The position numbers were made by a program, and so were the translations under genes. The notes beneath the pieces were generated by a model, which worked only from the letters and a program-made list of their open reading frames with translations, ran no database searches and was not told the DNA's origin. DNA of 64,000 bases, taken from assembly GCA_017459705.1 (NCBI GenBank), contig JAFUCJ010000005.1:7436-71435 (forward strand). Reading direction: 5' to 3'. The stretch's first letter is position 1, and the number at the start of each line of letters is the position of its first letter. This DNA is from Candidatus Saccharimonadota bacterium (lineage in GTDB: Bacteria; Patescibacteriota; Saccharimonadia; Saccharimonadales; Saccharimonadaceae). Below are positions 1 through 8,831 of this stretch, piece by piece.

Positions 1-234
1 GTCAAAGAAATGTGCAGCAAATCTCGCGTCTCCAATATTAAGACCGCTCGCCAAATCGCTATGTATATATTATCCAAAGAACTCTCTATGAGTACCACCA
101 AAATCGCCGCCGAAGTCGGTGTCAAAGACCATACTACCGTTATGCACGGCATCAACAAAATCGGTTCCGACCTCAAAACCAACTTCACCCTCCGCGACCA
201 ACTCGCCGAGATTAAGGAGTCCATCTATGACTAA
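1..234 (+). CDS. dnaA: Chromosomal replication initiator DnaA, C-terminal DNA-binding domain (5'-partial, gene starts before the window)
   Basis: Reading frame is open from nt 1. The translation ...ARQIAMYILSKELSMSTTKIAAEVGVKDHTTVMHGINKI... has the DnaA domain IV helix-turn-helix pattern. It is followed by the classical dnaN-recF synteny. Confidence 0.85.
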   Translation, partial: VKEMCSKSRVSNIKTARQIAMYILSKELSMSTTKIAAEVGVKDHTTVMHGINKIGSDLKTNFTLRDQLAEIKESIYD

Positions 235-509
235 CTATTTAACATATCCTCAACTTGTGGAAAACTTGTGCATAACTGCGTGTAAATCCTTGCGAATTAT
301 TCGCGAAAATCTCTGTGTATTTCTCCACCCATTCACGACCACATGTGGATTTCCGCACTTTCGCACACACTTTTCCTCACTTTCCCACTTACTTTTACAC
401 AGCCGATTTACCCCTACACATTATCAATCTTTTCCACTTTTCCACCCTCCCTACTATTACTACTACAAATATATTTTAATAATAATTAAATAATTAGAAA
501 GGACTATTT
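235..509. promoter_or_regulatory. Candidate oriC in the dnaA-dnaN spacer
   Basis: DnaA-box-like 9-mers: TGTGGAAAA 256-264, TGTGGATTT 344-352, TTTTCCACT 430-438 and TTTTCCACC 438-446. Each differs by 1-2 nt from TTATCCACA or its complement. A nearly pure A/T stretch follows at ~461-500, just before the dnaN RBS. Confidence 0.5.
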
Positions 510-1610
510 ATGGAAATTGAAGTTTCACAAGACAAATTAAGCAAAGCTCTGAATAATGTTAGTCGTATCGCCGTTGGACGTGTTACTTTACCAGTATTAA
601 ATAACGTCTTAATACGAGTTGATAATGGCAAAGTTTCTCTCGTTACCACCAATCTGGACATGGCAGTAGTAGATTATTTACCAGTATCCAGTAGCAAGGA
701 TGGCGTTACGACCGTCCCAGCCAAACTTTTCGCTGAATTTGTCAGTAATTTACCGAAAGGCGAAGTCATCAAAATCACTTCTGATGGCCCCAAAGTCACC
801 GTATCCGCAGGCAAATATCAGTCGTCGCTCAATGGTTCCCCAGCAGACGATTTTCCGGAACTCCCAGAACTGGACGAAACCAAGGCGGTCATTTTCAAAA
901 TAGGTATCGACGAGTTCAAACAAGGTATCTCTCAGGTTGCCATCGCTTCCAGTAACGATCTCACTCGGCCGGCACTTACTGGGATCTACTTCAATACTTA
1001 TGATAATATCCTCGCCATCGCCGCCACCGATGGATATCGTCTCGCCGAAAAGAAACTCGTCAAGAATGTTCAGAGTGAGATAAGTGTCATTGTCCCCACT
1101 AGCTCCCTGCAAGAAGTTCTTCGCTCCATTGGCGACGACATGGATGAAGTCGAGATTTCCTTTAATGATGACCTTGTCCGTTTTCGTCTGGGGGAAGTTG
1201 AAATTATCTCAAAACTCATCGATGCTAGCTTCCCTGATTATCGTCGCCTCATCCCTAAGGATAACAATATCCATATTTCACTTCGTCGCGACGAGCTTAT
1301 TCGTGTCACTAAATTAGCTGCACTCTTTGCTCGTTCTGTGTCCGGTTCTATCATTTGTGAGGCCAAAGCGCCTAATACATTTTCCGTCAAATCTGTCGCC
1401 AGTGAACTCGGAGAAAACGATTCTTCCATTGAAACAGAAGTCACCGAAGACACCAAGATCAACCTTAATTCTCGTTTTCTCATTGATGCCCTTAATTCCC
1501 TGGACGACAAAGAAGTCATCATTAGTCTCGCTAGTCGTATTGGTCCCGCAGTGCTTCAAAATAAAACAAATGACGACTACACTCATATCATCATGCCACT
1601 CAGCTCATAA
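510..1610 (+). CDS. dnaN: DNA polymerase III beta sliding clamp
   Basis: 366 aa, lying directly after dnaA. Clamp-like motifs are present (LTRPALTGIYF, ATDGYRLAEK, C-terminal IIMPL). RBS GAAAGGA lies upstream. Confidence 0.95.
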   Translation: MEIEVSQDKLSKALNNVSRIAVGRVTLPVLNNVLIRVDNGKVSLVTTNLDMAVVDYLPVSSSKDGVTTVPAKLFAEFVSNLPKGEVIKITSDGPKVTVSAGKYQSSLNGSPADDFPELPELDETKAVIFKIGIDEFKQGISQVAIASSNDLTRPALTGIYFNTYDNILAIAATDGYRLAEKKLVKNVQSEISVIVPTSSLQEVLRSIGDDMDEVEISFNDDLVRFRLGEVEIISKLIDASFPDYRRLIPKDNNIHISLRRDELIRVTKLAALFARSVSGSIICEAKAPNTFSVKSVASELGENDSSIETEVTEDTKINLNSRFLIDALNSLDDKEVIISLASRIGPAVLQNKTNDDYTHIIMPLSS

Positions 1611-1615
1611 TTACT

Positions 1616-2617
1616 ATGCTTATTAAAGATATCAGCCTCACTAATTTTCGTAACCACTCGCAGTATCATCTTGACTGCAAGCCAGATACCACGCTTATTT
1701 TAGGCGAGAATGGTTGCGGTAAAACTTCCGTTCTTGAAGCTATTTATATTTTGACGCGTGGCAAGAGTTTTCGTGCTACCGATTCAGACATCATCAAGCG
1801 TGGTGAACCTTTTTATCGCATAGCCATGAGTTATGACACCGGCGAACAAATCTCCGCTGCCTATGACGGCACCACGAAAACTTTTAAGACCGTCGACAAA
1901 ACTTCCAAGCGTCTCCCCTCTAAGAACAAATATCCAGTCATCCTATTTGAGCCACACGACCTAAACCTTGTCGGTGGACCTCCTTCTCGTCGACGTGATT
2001 ATTTTGACCGGATTTTTAGTGATATTAGCGAGGATTATGCTACTAGCCTTAGTAAATACAACAAAGCCCTTCGTCAACGCAATGAGCTTCTTAAATCTGA
2101 ACGGCTCTCTCCTACCGATTTGTTTGCTTGGAATCTTCTCCTTGCCGACCTCGGTACTACATTATCAAAATATCGTGATGTCTATACGGCACTCATCAAT
2201 CAAACCATTAATGTTGTCTATCATTCAATCGCCGACAACAATGATAGTGTCCACCTTGCATACTCTACCCCTGTTCCGCATATCACCAAAGAACAATATC
2301 TAAAATCCCTCGAATCCAGTTTTGAAAAAGACCGCATCCTCGGCTACACATCTTTCGGCGTTCAACGCGATACTATCGATTTTATATTCAATGACAACCT
2401 TGCGGGCGGCTCCGCCTCTCGTGGTGAAACTCGCTCGATTATTCTCGCACTTAAATTTGTCGAATCGAACATTATCACAGATAAATTAAACAAAAAACCC
2501 ATCATCCTTCTCGACGACGTTTTTTCCGAACTTGACGAATCTCGTCGCAAATGTCTTGTGAATAACTTCAAAAACAACCAAGTCATTATCACTAGCGTCG
2601 AGGACTTTACTTACTAG
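1616..2617 (+). CDS. recF: DNA replication/repair protein RecF
   Basis: 333 aa. N-terminal LTNFRNH...GENGCGKTSVLEAIY P-loop, SGGE-like GGSASRGETRS and Walker B PIILLDDVFSELD. dnaA-dnaN-recF gene order. Confidence 0.9.
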   Translation: MLIKDISLTNFRNHSQYHLDCKPDTTLILGENGCGKTSVLEAIYILTRGKSFRATDSDIIKRGEPFYRIAMSYDTGEQISAAYDGTTKTFKTVDKTSKRLPSKNKYPVILFEPHDLNLVGGPPSRRRDYFDRIFSDISEDYATSLSKYNKALRQRNELLKSERLSPTDLFAWNLLLADLGTTLSKYRDVYTALINQTINVVYHSIADNNDSVHLAYSTPVPHITKEQYLKSLESSFEKDRILGYTSFGVQRDTIDFIFNDNLAGGSASRGETRSIILALKFVESNIITDKLNKKPIILLDDVFSELDESRRKCLVNNFKNNQVIITSVEDFTY

Positions 2618-4772
2618 CAATCTTATAGTAATCATTGAGGAATGCTACGACTGGGTTTTCTTCCCCCTCGAAGAACTTCATGTTATTATACGCTGTCGGA
2701 TCACCGTCATACATCCTTAACGCTTCCGCAGCGCGTGCTAGTGACACATATCTCTGTGCATACTTATATTGTTCCCAATCCGGATTGTTCGCGGAGTTGA
2801 CGTACGCCGCCCCGGATGCTATTCTTTTGTCTGCATCAGAAGTTCCTAGGTATAGTTCAATCATTGATATTATGTCTGACACAAAAGGTATTGAACTGCC
2901 ATCTTTTATAGCACTTAGTATTCCGCCGTCGGTCACCCCATCAGGAGTCTTACGCTCATTGTTGTATTTAATAAAGTCCGCCAATGTTGAATCGTTTTTT
3001 ATTCTCCGTACCCCATTTTCGAGTGTGGTATTCTCCTCGACAAACTTTATAAAGTTTGAGTCACCGAATGGGTTATTTAGCGTGGTAGTGTCAAAAGTCA
3101 TCACCGACGAGCACCCAGCTGTCCCTACTGCACCGATATTGCCGAGCGTCTCACAATTGCCAAAACTCGTCAGATACCCATCCTCTTGATCATCCGCACT
3201 TGCGACGCCAATAAATCCGCTCATCGCGACTTTTGCCAAAGACTTTAGCATTCCCATTATGCCAGTATTTTTACTGGACAACACGGCTAGTTTGTAAACT
3301 ATGGACCCCAGGAACGTGTTACGCGAAGTTATATCAAACGGACTGCGGTTTTTCCTGTCCACCTCCGCATCTAATGCCAAGATTGTTTCTGTAGCTCGTG
3401 CGTAGTTGATAGCCGCCGTAGCGTCACCAGTAGTTGCTCCGCTTGCCCTCGCCAAAGCCTTGCCGACATTTACCGCTCCCTCGACTAGCAATTCGCCAGC
3501 GGCCACCCCTTTGATATTACTAAATCCATTTTCCACCATGGAACCATTGATGGTTGGAATCACCGTTTTAAGGGTATCCTGCGAAGCTGCCTCATTGCCA
3601 CTCACGTAGCGCCCCACTGTCCCCCGAATTCTGGAAGATGTTGATGTGACGGTTCCCCCAAGGGTTTCAGAAGGGGCGGTTGTCCCCAACTGATTCTCGA
3701 CAGTTCTCAGTACCCTATCCGACGCATAATCAGACACCGCGGCTTTATCAACTTTTTCACCTGACAGTATTGCATACAAGCTCGGTGACTCCACCATGCT
3801 TCCCTCAACTGTACGGACTTCGCCGGTCGTAGTGTCAACCACTGTGCTTACCTCCGGCTCGTATAAATAATTCATCGCCTCATTTATTTTAGAATCATTC
3901 CCTTCCCCAGCCTTCATCTTACTAATGTTTTCCATGAAAGCCAAAAAGAATATCGACGACTTCTGCTCTTTCGCCATAATATCCGATTTGTTTAGCGTGT
4001 CTGCGGCATTCAAGGTTGCCTCGGTTGCACTACCTGCCACATTTTTACTAGTCACCCCAGTCACGAATTCCGCCGCCTCACTCGACTTTATATTATCCCC
4101 AATCGCTTCGTAGACTTCTTCGCTACCATCTTCGGTGGTCCGCGTAGTCAGAGTTACATTATTTACGCTCACATTGCTACCCTCGCCAGTCAGTTTGCTC
4201 ATTACCTCGTCAAAATCCGAATCATCGCTATAATTATTCCGTTCTGTCCCGAGATTGCGGATAATCTTGCGCGCCGCATCGTCGTACCAGTATGCGGCTC
4301 GCGAATAAGTTGCATTGTTGAAAGCATCATATAATTCCGCATTACTCTTAACTGCCGCCACAAAATCTTTCGCATTTATGACTTGCCCACGAAAAAGTAA
4401 TGCGTATTCCCCATTTTCACCTTCCGCTAAATCCACGCCGCTGTTTTTCAGTCGTGTTATTGTGTTTTCTGGTATATCATGACTATAAAGTGCCTGTTGA
4501 AAAACCAACAACTTGCTTTCCACCGCATCCGCATATTGTACATCCGTCTCCTCGATTAGCCTCTCCGAGAAAGCAACCGGCACCAAGTTACCTGTCAAGA
4601 AAAACACCAATATCACACCAAGTATCAACGTGATGAACCCTCCCGCCGTAAGTGCACCAATTTTCTTCCCTCGCTTTTTAGCGAAATCCTTACCTACCAC
4701 ACGCGAAACAATCTGGTTTTCACCAGAAATCACTGATTTCTCATTGGAGCGTAAGACCTCTTCCGCTGACAT
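2607..4772 (-). CDS. Large N-terminally membrane-anchored extracellular protein, function unknown
   Basis: The long ORF is trimmed to the ATG at 4772 (MSAEEVLRS...), because the upstream part would overlap the divergent gene and its promoter. One TM helix (IGALTAGGFITLILGVILVFFL) is followed by ~680 aa of Ser/Thr/Asn/Gly-rich sequence. An extended -10 box lies 6 nt upstream. Confidence 0.6.
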   Translation of the reverse strand: MSAEEVLRSNEKSVISGENQIVSRVVGKDFAKKRGKKIGALTAGGFITLILGVILVFFLTGNLVPVAFSERLIEETDVQYADAVESKLLVFQQALYSHDIPENTITRLKNSGVDLAEGENGEYALLFRGQVINAKDFVAAVKSNAELYDAFNNATYSRAAYWYDDAARKIIRNLGTERNNYSDDSDFDEVMSKLTGEGSNVSVNNVTLTTRTTEDGSEEVYEAIGDNIKSSEAAEFVTGVTSKNVAGSATEATLNAADTLNKSDIMAKEQKSSIFFLAFMENISKMKAGEGNDSKINEAMNYLYEPEVSTVVDTTTGEVRTVEGSMVESPSLYAILSGEKVDKAAVSDYASDRVLRTVENQLGTTAPSETLGGTVTSTSSRIRGTVGRYVSGNEAASQDTLKTVIPTINGSMVENGFSNIKGVAAGELLVEGAVNVGKALARASGATTGDATAAINYARATETILALDAEVDRKNRSPFDITSRNTFLGSIVYKLAVLSSKNTGIMGMLKSLAKVAMSGFIGVASADDQEDGYLTSFGNCETLGNIGAVGTAGCSSVMTFDTTTLNNPFGDSNFIKFVEENTTLENGVRRIKNDSTLADFIKYNNERKTPDGVTDGGILSAIKDGSSIPFVSDIISMIELYLGTSDADKRIASGAAYVNSANNPDWEQYKYAQRYVSLARAAEALRMYDGDPTAYNNMKFFEGEENPVVAFLNDYYKIASK

Positions 4773-4778
4773 ATATAA

Positions 4779-4802
4779 ATTATAACATATTTCTGGTATA
4801 AT
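4779..4802. promoter_or_regulatory. Back-to-back extended -10 promoters in a 37-bp divergent spacer (both genes apparently leaderless)
   Basis: Minus strand: TGTTATAAT (hexamer at plus coordinates 4779-4784) lies 6 nt before the ATG at 4772. Plus strand: TGGTATAAT (hexamer 4797-4802) lies 7 nt before the ATG at 4810. No Shine-Dalgarno sequence on either side. Confidence 0.55.
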
Positions 4803-4809
4803 ATAAACT

Positions 4810-5967
4810 ATGATTAAGGTAGAAAAAATAATCCCAGGTGGACAATCTCTCGCCACTGCTGATGACGGCAAAAAGATTTTTTTCTGGAATGCGCTTCCCG
4901 GCGAGGAAGTCACCGATTTTTTAGTCACCAAAAACAAATCACACTACACCGAAGCCATCGCTACTGAAGTATCTCTCCATTCTCCATACCGTATATCTCC
5001 CTATGATGAATGCTTCCTCTCTACTTCACCATGGCAAATCATGGATTATGATTACGAATTATCCGAAAAACAATCTCTCGTCGTGGAAATGTTTCGCGAA
5101 CACGGTATTGAACTCCCCAGACCATCAATCTTTACCGATGGCAACCCATACTTTTATCGCAACAAAATGGAATATTCCCTCTATTGGGATAACGACGAAA
5201 ACCGTATCTCGCTTGCCTTCCATGCGCGCGGTTCTCACCGTAAAATCCCGGTTAAAAAATCCAGCATCGAACGCCCCGAGATTTTTGATACTGCTTGTCG
5301 CATCGTTGATGACCTCAATAGGCGTGGCGAGCAGGCGCGTAAATACCAATCACTCTTGCTTCGGTGCAATCAAGACGGCGAGGTTTCGGGTGGACTTTAT
5401 GAAAATGGCAAACCTCACCCTACTTTTTTACAGTTAACCGACACTATCCTGGGCCACACTTACTCATATTCACCCAATGGCTTCTTCCAAATCAATCTTC
5501 CAGTTTACGAAATGGCTCTTGAAGAAATGAAAAAGCATATTAACACCAGTAAAGTTCTAGACCTCTACTCTGGCGTCGGCACTATCGGTCTCTCCATCGC
5601 TCGTGACCACGAGCTTACTTTGGTGGAGGTAGATAAATATGCTTTTGATGAGGCGACTAAAAATATTGCCACTCTGAATGTCGGTAATATTCTCGGTATC
5701 CTATCACGTTCAGAGGATGTACTAGATCATATTGAAAGTAATCAAACCGTCATCCTCGATCCGCCTCGTGCTGGTTGTGATTCCAAGTTGATCGATAAAC
5801 TTCTCGCAGTCACCCCACCCACTATCATATATTTGTCTTGTAATCCCGCCACCCAGGCTCGCGACGTTAAAATGCTCTTAGACAAATATCACATTTCTAC
5901 CGCTATGACCTATAATTTCTTCCCACGAACACCTCATATCGAAAACTTAATTGTGTTATCATTATAG
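4810..5967 (+). CDS. SAM-dependent RNA (uracil-5)-methyltransferase, TrmA/RlmD (RumA) family
   Basis: 385 aa. Motifs LDLYSGVGTIGL (SAM binding), ILDPPRAGC and the catalytic YLSCNPATQARD are typical of the RumA/TrmA family. Confidence 0.85.
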   Translation: MIKVEKIIPGGQSLATADDGKKIFFWNALPGEEVTDFLVTKNKSHYTEAIATEVSLHSPYRISPYDECFLSTSPWQIMDYDYELSEKQSLVVEMFREHGIELPRPSIFTDGNPYFYRNKMEYSLYWDNDENRISLAFHARGSHRKIPVKKSSIERPEIFDTACRIVDDLNRRGEQARKYQSLLLRCNQDGEVSGGLYENGKPHPTFLQLTDTILGHTYSYSPNGFFQINLPVYEMALEEMKKHINTSKVLDLYSGVGTIGLSIARDHELTLVEVDKYAFDEATKNIATLNVGNILGILSRSEDVLDHIESNQTVILDPPRAGCDSKLIDKLLAVTPPTIIYLSCNPATQARDVKMLLDKYHISTAMTYNFFPRTPHIENLIVLSL

Positions 5968-5968
5968 T

Positions 5969-6628
5969 ATGAGTAGGCGCACCATTTTTATTATCAACAA
6001 TCTCTTCATCTTTATTACCACCGTTATTGCGACGGCAGTTGCTATGACCTACGGTTCACGAGGTACTCGTATTGACGGTACAGTTACTGAACATTGGCAG
6101 CAAATCGTTACTTTTACCGTCCTCAGCAATATTTTTCTCGCCATTGTAGCACTCGTTACCGCTATTCTCGCCATTCGGAAATCTTCTCTCTCCACTACCG
6201 CTGTATCTTGGTATCTTGTTGCCACCACTGCTACTAGCGTGACTTGTCTTACTGTTCTCTTCTTTCTCGCTCCAGCGCGCGCCATGCGTGGGCAAAACTA
6301 TTTTGATATGATTCTAGAACCAATGTTCTTCTTGCATTTCTTCAACCCAATTCTTGCGGCCATCACCTACATCTTCCTCACTGGCGACCGCCCTGTCGCG
6401 CGGCGAGCTCGTTTCCTCGCCACGTTGCCAGTAATCGTTTACGCGATACCATATATATTATTCGTTGTAATTATGCAAATCTGGCCAGACTTTTACGGTG
6501 TCACATTTGGCGGGCGATATTATCTCACTCCCCTCGTATTTGTAGCTTTCTGGCTTTTAGCATTTGGTTCTGCCTCGTTGCTTAATTTCTGTCGCACTCG
6601 CCAAATAAAATCTTCATTTTCATCCTAA
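5969..6628 (+). CDS. Integral membrane protein (about 6 TM, possibly Pr6Pr/AIG1-like)
   Basis: ATG at 5969, two nt after the upstream stop. Six hydrophobic segments. No catalytic motif recognised. Confidence 0.55.
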   Translation: MSRRTIFIINNLFIFITTVIATAVAMTYGSRGTRIDGTVTEHWQQIVTFTVLSNIFLAIVALVTAILAIRKSSLSTTAVSWYLVATTATSVTCLTVLFFLAPARAMRGQNYFDMILEPMFFLHFFNPILAAITYIFLTGDRPVARRARFLATLPVIVYAIPYILFVVIMQIWPDFYGVTFGGRYYLTPLVFVAFWLLAFGSASLLNFCRTRQIKSSFSS

Positions 6629-6652
6629 AATATGCTACAATAGTTCCAAGAC

Positions 6653-6742
6653 GGAAGTGTGTCCGAGTGGTTTAAGGAGCACGCTTGGAAAGCGTGTAAA
6701 GTCGCAAGGCTTTCACAGGTTCGAATCCTGCCACTTCCGCCA
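6653..6742 (+). tRNA. tRNA-Ser (anticodon GGA), CCA encoded
   Basis: Cloverleaf readable: acceptor GGAAGTG/CACTTCC, anticodon stem CACGC/GCGTG with loop TTGGAAA, long variable arm, T-arm CAGGTTCGAATCCTG, 3' GCCA. Confidence 0.9.
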
Positions 6743-6804
6743 AAATAGTCAAAGTTAAGCTTGCTTAACTTTGGGTAATTTGAAGGAATGGCCTAGGATA
6801 TCCT

Positions 6805-6824
6805 ATCCTGCCACTTCCGCCAAA
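6805..6824 (+). repeat. 20-bp direct duplicate of the tRNA-Ser(GGA) 3' end
   Basis: ATCCTGCCACTTCCGCCAAA occurs at 6725-6744 (inside the tRNA) and again at 6805-6824. The 60-bp spacer contains a perfect 11-bp-stem palindrome (6750-6773). Confidence 0.8.
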
Positions 6825-6836
6825 TTGGGTGCACAC

Positions 6837-7601
6837 ATGAACGAGGAAATAATAGAACTAAAAGGACTCACTAAGCGCTATGGTTATGGAGATACTGAAT
6901 CTTTCGCATTGAAAGATTTCAACCTAACCATCAGGCGCGGTGAGTTCATTATGATTATGGGGCCGTCCGGCTGTGGCAAGACGACTTTACTTAACATTAT
7001 TGGCCTACTCGATCGCGCCACTGATGGCGAATATACTCTAAATGGCGAGAACGTCGCCTCGATTAGTACTACTCGCCGCGCCAAGATTCGCGCCAAGAAA
7101 ATTGGCTTCGTATTTCAGAACTTCAACCTCATTGATAACTTGTCAATTTTAGAGAACGTTGCCCTGCCGCTGGTGTACATCAACCGTCCGCGAACAGTCC
7201 GACTCCAAAACGCCTCTGATGCCCTTGCACGCTTTCATCTCCAAGAAAAAGAATACTATCACCCCAGTCAGCTTTCTGGCGGCCAGCAGCAACGCGCCGC
7301 TATTGCTCGCGCTATTGTGAGTGACCCGGAGATTATCCTAGCCGATGAACCTACCGGCAATCTCGACTCCCGCGCGTCCAATGTTGTTATGGAAGAGCTA
7401 AAATCTATCCATGAGGAGGGTAATACTATCATTATGGTTACCCACAACCCCGCCCTTACTACTTATGCTACTCGCGTTATCAATATGCTAGATGGACAAA
7501 TTGATACCGACATTAAAACAGTCGCCGACCACAATCTTCCACAACCTATCGAGAAACGCAACAAAAAACGTAAACGTAGCCGCCGTAGGAGGAATAATTA
7601 A
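6837..7601 (+). CDS. ABC transporter ATP-binding protein (MacB/LolD-type)
   Basis: Walker [10 protein letters not shown], signature [14 protein letters not shown], Walker [12 protein letters not shown], and a basic C-terminal tail. Start set to the ATG at 6837 ([11 protein letters not shown]). Confidence 0.9.
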   Translation: MNEEIIELKGLTKRYGYGDTESFALKDFNLTIRRGEFIMIMGPSGCGKTTLLNIIGLLDRATDGEYTLNGENVASISTTRRAKIRAKKIGFVFQNFNLIDNLSILENVALPLVYINRPRTVRLQNASDALARFHLQEKEYYHPSQLSGGQQQRAAIARAIVSDPEIILADEPTGNLDSRASNVVMEELKSIHEEGNTIIMVTHNPALTTYATRVINMLDGQIDTDIKTVADHNLPQPIEKRNKKRKRSRRRRNN

Positions 7602-8830
7602 TGTCTACTCTCATTCGTACTCACATTAGACTTGCGCGCGCATCCATTCATGCCAACCGCACGCGCTCATTTCTTACCTGTCTTGGCATCGCCATTGGTA
7701 TTGCGAGTATTATTCTGATTTTGAGTCTCACGGGCAGTATTTCTCGGCTGATTAGTGATGAGCTGTCTAGTGCCGGCGCCGACCTTATCGTGGTTCGTCC
7801 GTCCATTTCCAAGGATACCGTTACTTCCGTAGTGGAGGAGTTGACCTCTTCTAATCTCTATCAGAAATCCAATCTCGCGATTTCGGATGTCGACCGCATC
7901 GCTCAAATACCCCAAGTTACCGCCGTTGCTCCCATCGCCCTTTCGGTAAATACTATCACCGACGAAGACAATACAGTTGCGAGCGCCACCGTCCTTGGTA
8001 CTACACCGGATTTTATTGATATTGAACCACTTGCCCTTCGTTATGGTACTTTCCTTTCCGACAACAATAAGAGCAATTCCGTTGTCGTCGGGCATATGTT
8101 GTCGCTTCTTTTGTTCAACACCTCTAACCCCGTTGGCCGCACGCTTACTTTTCATGGGCAACGTTTTATTGTAGTTGGCGTCCTCGAAGAAATCACCGAT
8201 ACCATCAATTTTAACAATATCGACTACAATAATACCCTAGTCATGGATCTTGGTGTCTTGTCGGAACTTCTCGGCGCGCCGCAAATTCAGCAGATCAATG
8301 TTCGCGTCACGAGTACTAGTGCCCTAAGCGAAGTTGCTTCAGGTATTACTGATTCCCTCCACCAGAATCACGCCGGCGACACTAATTTTGCCGTAGCCTA
8401 CGGCAATGATCTTACACACCCAGCAAGCAATCTTCTGAACATTATTTCTGGCATGCTCGCCATTGTCGCTGGTATTTCTCTCGTTGTGGGCGGCATTGGC
8501 ATTATGAATATCATGCTTGTATCGGTCGCCGAACGTACCCATGAGATAGGCATCAGAAAGGCTGTCGGAGCGTCTAGTCGCAATATTCTCATGCAATTTA
8601 TGTTTGAGTCGGTCATTCTTTCTCTCCTTGGTGGAGTCCTCGGCATTATCCTTGGCTATCTGTTTGCCTTTCTTGTCTCGGTCATTACACCTTTCACTCC
8701 GTATATTAGCTGGGAGATTATCGCGATCACTCTACTCACCTCTCTTGTTGTCGGTATTGTCTTCGGTACTTATCCTGCCCTGAAAGCTGCCTCGAAAGAC
8801 CCTATCGAATCTCTTAAACACTACCGCTAA
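7601..8830 (+). CDS. ABC transporter permease, MacB/FtsX family
   Basis: 409 aa. N-terminal TM, large periplasmic-type domain and a C-terminal FtsX-like 3-TM bundle (ERTHEIGIRKAVGAS motif). TAATG overlap with the ATPase gene. Confidence 0.9.
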   Translation: MSTLIRTHIRLARASIHANRTRSFLTCLGIAIGIASIILILSLTGSISRLISDELSSAGADLIVVRPSISKDTVTSVVEELTSSNLYQKSNLAISDVDRIAQIPQVTAVAPIALSVNTITDEDNTVASATVLGTTPDFIDIEPLALRYGTFLSDNNKSNSVVVGHMLSLLLFNTSNPVGRTLTFHGQRFIVVGVLEEITDTINFNNIDYNNTLVMDLGVLSELLGAPQIQQINVRVTSTSALSEVASGITDSLHQNHAGDTNFAVAYGNDLTHPASNLLNIISGMLAIVAGISLVVGGIGIMNIMLVSVAERTHEIGIRKAVGASSRNILMQFMFESVILSLLGGVLGIILGYLFAFLVSVITPFTPYISWEIIAITLLTSLVVGIVFGTYPALKAASKDPIESLKHYR

Positions 8831-8831
8831 T

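Noticed and set aside
119-493. 124-aa ORF in the dnaA-dnaN spacer
   Set aside because: It has a low-complexity translation, overlaps the dnaA 3' end, and lies in the region with DnaA-box-like motifs and the A/T-rich stretch. It is almost certainly non-coding oriC.
2607-4937. Full 776-aa version of the large membrane protein
   Set aside because: The first 55 codons would overlap the divergent methyltransferase gene and both promoters. The ATG at 4772 sits 6 nt after an extended -10 box and directly precedes the TM-anchored protein.
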